Part shown: piece by piece, positions 37,181 through 38,529 of the stretch | Layout of the letters: each line of letters starts with the position of its first letter | Position numbering within the stretch: the first letter of the stretch is position 1 | Assembly: GCA_040755455.1 (NCBI GenBank) | Contig: JBFMAY010000040.1 | Span: forward strand, 1-38,529 | Length of the DNA: 38,529 nucleotides | DNA from: Thermodesulfobacteriota bacterium | GTDB taxonomy: Bacteria; Desulfobacterota; Desulfobulbia; Desulfobulbales; SURF-16 | Direction: 5' to 3' | Translations under genes and position numbers: made by a program | The notes under the pieces: model-generated | Databases searched by the model: none | Seen by the model: only the letters and a program-made list of their open reading frames with translations | What the model was told of the DNA's origin: nothing

Positions 37181-38443
37181 TTAGTGCTCTTTTTCAAAAA
37201 GTTTGGGGATCAGGAATTGTTCCACCTCATCAAGAAGGCCAACCAGAGTTTTCGGATTATCAAAATCAAGTGCATCCTGCATTTTTTTATACTCAGGAGG
37301 CAATTTACTCCTCAAATCAGCAAATTCCTCATTCAGCATTTTCTCATCAATGGCTCCGGCGGTACGCATTGCCTGAATGTTATTCAACAGACCAGAAATC
37401 GGGTCATCATGATCCATTAGTGCATCAAGATCGATAACAGTTCGTGTTTTAAACCTGATTTTCTCAAGCCAGATATTCTCCCCTATTTCAAACGAGGCAG
37501 CCCGTATCTGATTTCGATAAAGATCCTGGTTCAACACCAATTCCGCATGTGCTTCGGTCCTTCCGTTGATGGTAAGGCGGAGAGCGAAAATTCTGTCATC
37601 ATCCGGATCAATTTTTGTCTCCAGGCTTTTCCTGATCATGTTCACGACTTCATGGCCGTACTTCGCCTCGGAAACATCAATCTCGATATGATCCCAACGT
37701 ATTGTATCGAAGTCATGGTGCTGAACCGACTCGACAACCATGTCTTCAATAGTTATCAAGGTTGCACCTTTCGGACCGGTTTCTCTTATTTGTCTGCCCT
37801 GAAGGTTCCCAGGAAATATTATCCAAGGATTTTCAGAAATGACCTCCCTCGTATGGACGTGGCCTAAACTCCAGAAATCGTAATGCTTGGACTTGAGATC
37901 ATCAATTTTGCAGGGAGCATAGGGTTCATGGCCTTCGCGGCCGGTAAGCGCCGTATGCAAAACACCAATATTAAAATAGCCATCGATTGCATCAGGATAA
38001 TTTGCAGCGAGATTATCGACTACATCCTGATTTGCATATCCCTGTCCATGGACTGCAATCCGCAAATCATCAAGTAGAAAAGTTTCAGGCTTTTTTGCCG
38101 AAAAGAAACACACATTTTCAGGCATCTTGAGCTTTTTGGTAATAATGCTGGCAGCATCATGGTTTCCTGAAGCGATAAAAACCCTTATTCCGGCTTTGTT
38201 TAGCCGCTGCATCTGATGGGCGAGGAAAAGCGCGGTCTGAAAATCTCTTAAAGTCCCATCGTAAAGATCGCCGGCGATGAGCATGAATGCTACCTGCTCG
38301 TTGATCGCAAAGTCAACGAGGTTGACAAATGCTTTCCTCGTGGCCCCCCTGATTTCTTCAACAGGAGCGCCTTCATAGCGCTCAAGGCCGCGCATGGGTG
38401 AATCAAGATGCGTATCAGCAGTTGCTATGAATTTGATTGCCAT
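37181..38443 (-). CDS. YhaO-like Mre11/SbcD-family metallophosphoesterase nuclease
   Basis: DTH, AGDLYD, GNHD, LHT, LGHVH motifs; in an operon with the ATPase. Confidence 0.9.
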   Translation of the reverse strand: MAIKFIATADTHLDSPMRGLERYEGAPVEEIRGATRKAFVNLVDFAINEQVAFMLIAGDLYDGTLRDFQTALFLAHQMQRLNKAGIRVFIASGNHDAASIITKKLKMPENVCFFSAKKPETFLLDDLRIAVHGQGYANQDVVDNLAANYPDAIDGYFNIGVLHTALTGREGHEPYAPCKIDDLKSKHYDFWSLGHVHTREVISENPWIIFPGNLQGRQIRETGPKGATLITIEDMVVESVQHHDFDTIRWDHIEIDVSEAKYGHEVVNMIRKSLETKIDPDDDRIFALRLTINGRTEAHAELVLNQDLYRNQIRAASFEIGENIWLEKIRFKTRTVIDLDALMDHDDPISGLLNNIQAMRTAGAIDEKMLNEEFADLRSKLPPEYKKMQDALDFDNPKTLVGLLDEVEQFLIPKLFEKEH

Positions 38444-38529
38444 TTTTTGCCCTTGGCTTCAGAAAAATATTTAGAACCATTAAGTCACCTGCGTACTGCC
38501 CATTTTTTTACTTGGAAAGTCAGCTTTGA

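Larger units (their letters stand above)
1561..38529. mobile_element. F-type conjugative integrative element (ICE / integrative plasmid), extends beyond the window
   Basis: att site, xis, TrfA replicon, near-complete F-type T4SS gene set, cargo blocks. Confidence 0.85.

Noticed and set aside
30007..38529. Element is transfer-defective because relaxase and coupling protein are missing
   Set aside because: The element runs past the window edge, so these genes may lie outside it.

Overview
The window holds most of an F-type (MPF-F) conjugative, integrative element; the gene content suggests a Desulfobacterota/deltaproteobacterial host (inference). From left to right: a tyrosine integrase converging on the 3' half of a tRNA-Leu(TAA) gene (an att site with attP-like arms), a phage-like repressor/cro/xis switch, a TrfA-family replication initiator followed by 7 iterons and an AT-rich tract, and an element-encoded sigma-70-family factor. 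The tra region is split into three blocks (ompA-traALEKB | traVCN | traWU-trbC-trbI-like-trhF-traFHG) by two cargo insertions: a CPA2 antiporter + DUF3124 + small Zn-ribbon gene, and AbiEi/AbiEii + RloC-like ATPase-HEPN + an IS110-family element. The window ends with a candidate exclusion gene and an Mre11/Rad50-like (YhaO/YhaN) pair. Two observations stand out. (1) The non-coding end of the IS110 element contains two internal-loop hairpins whose loop strands match its own insertion target and its own donor junction, i.e. a readable bridge/seek RNA; a TTGACT-N17-TATGAT promoter forms only on circularisation. (2) A fixed-spacing motif GTCAC-N13-AGAWA lies upstream of each of the three tra blocks and is a candidate promoter for the element's own sigma factor. 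No relaxase or coupling protein gene is visible in this window. All calls come from reading motifs by eye; no database searches were run.
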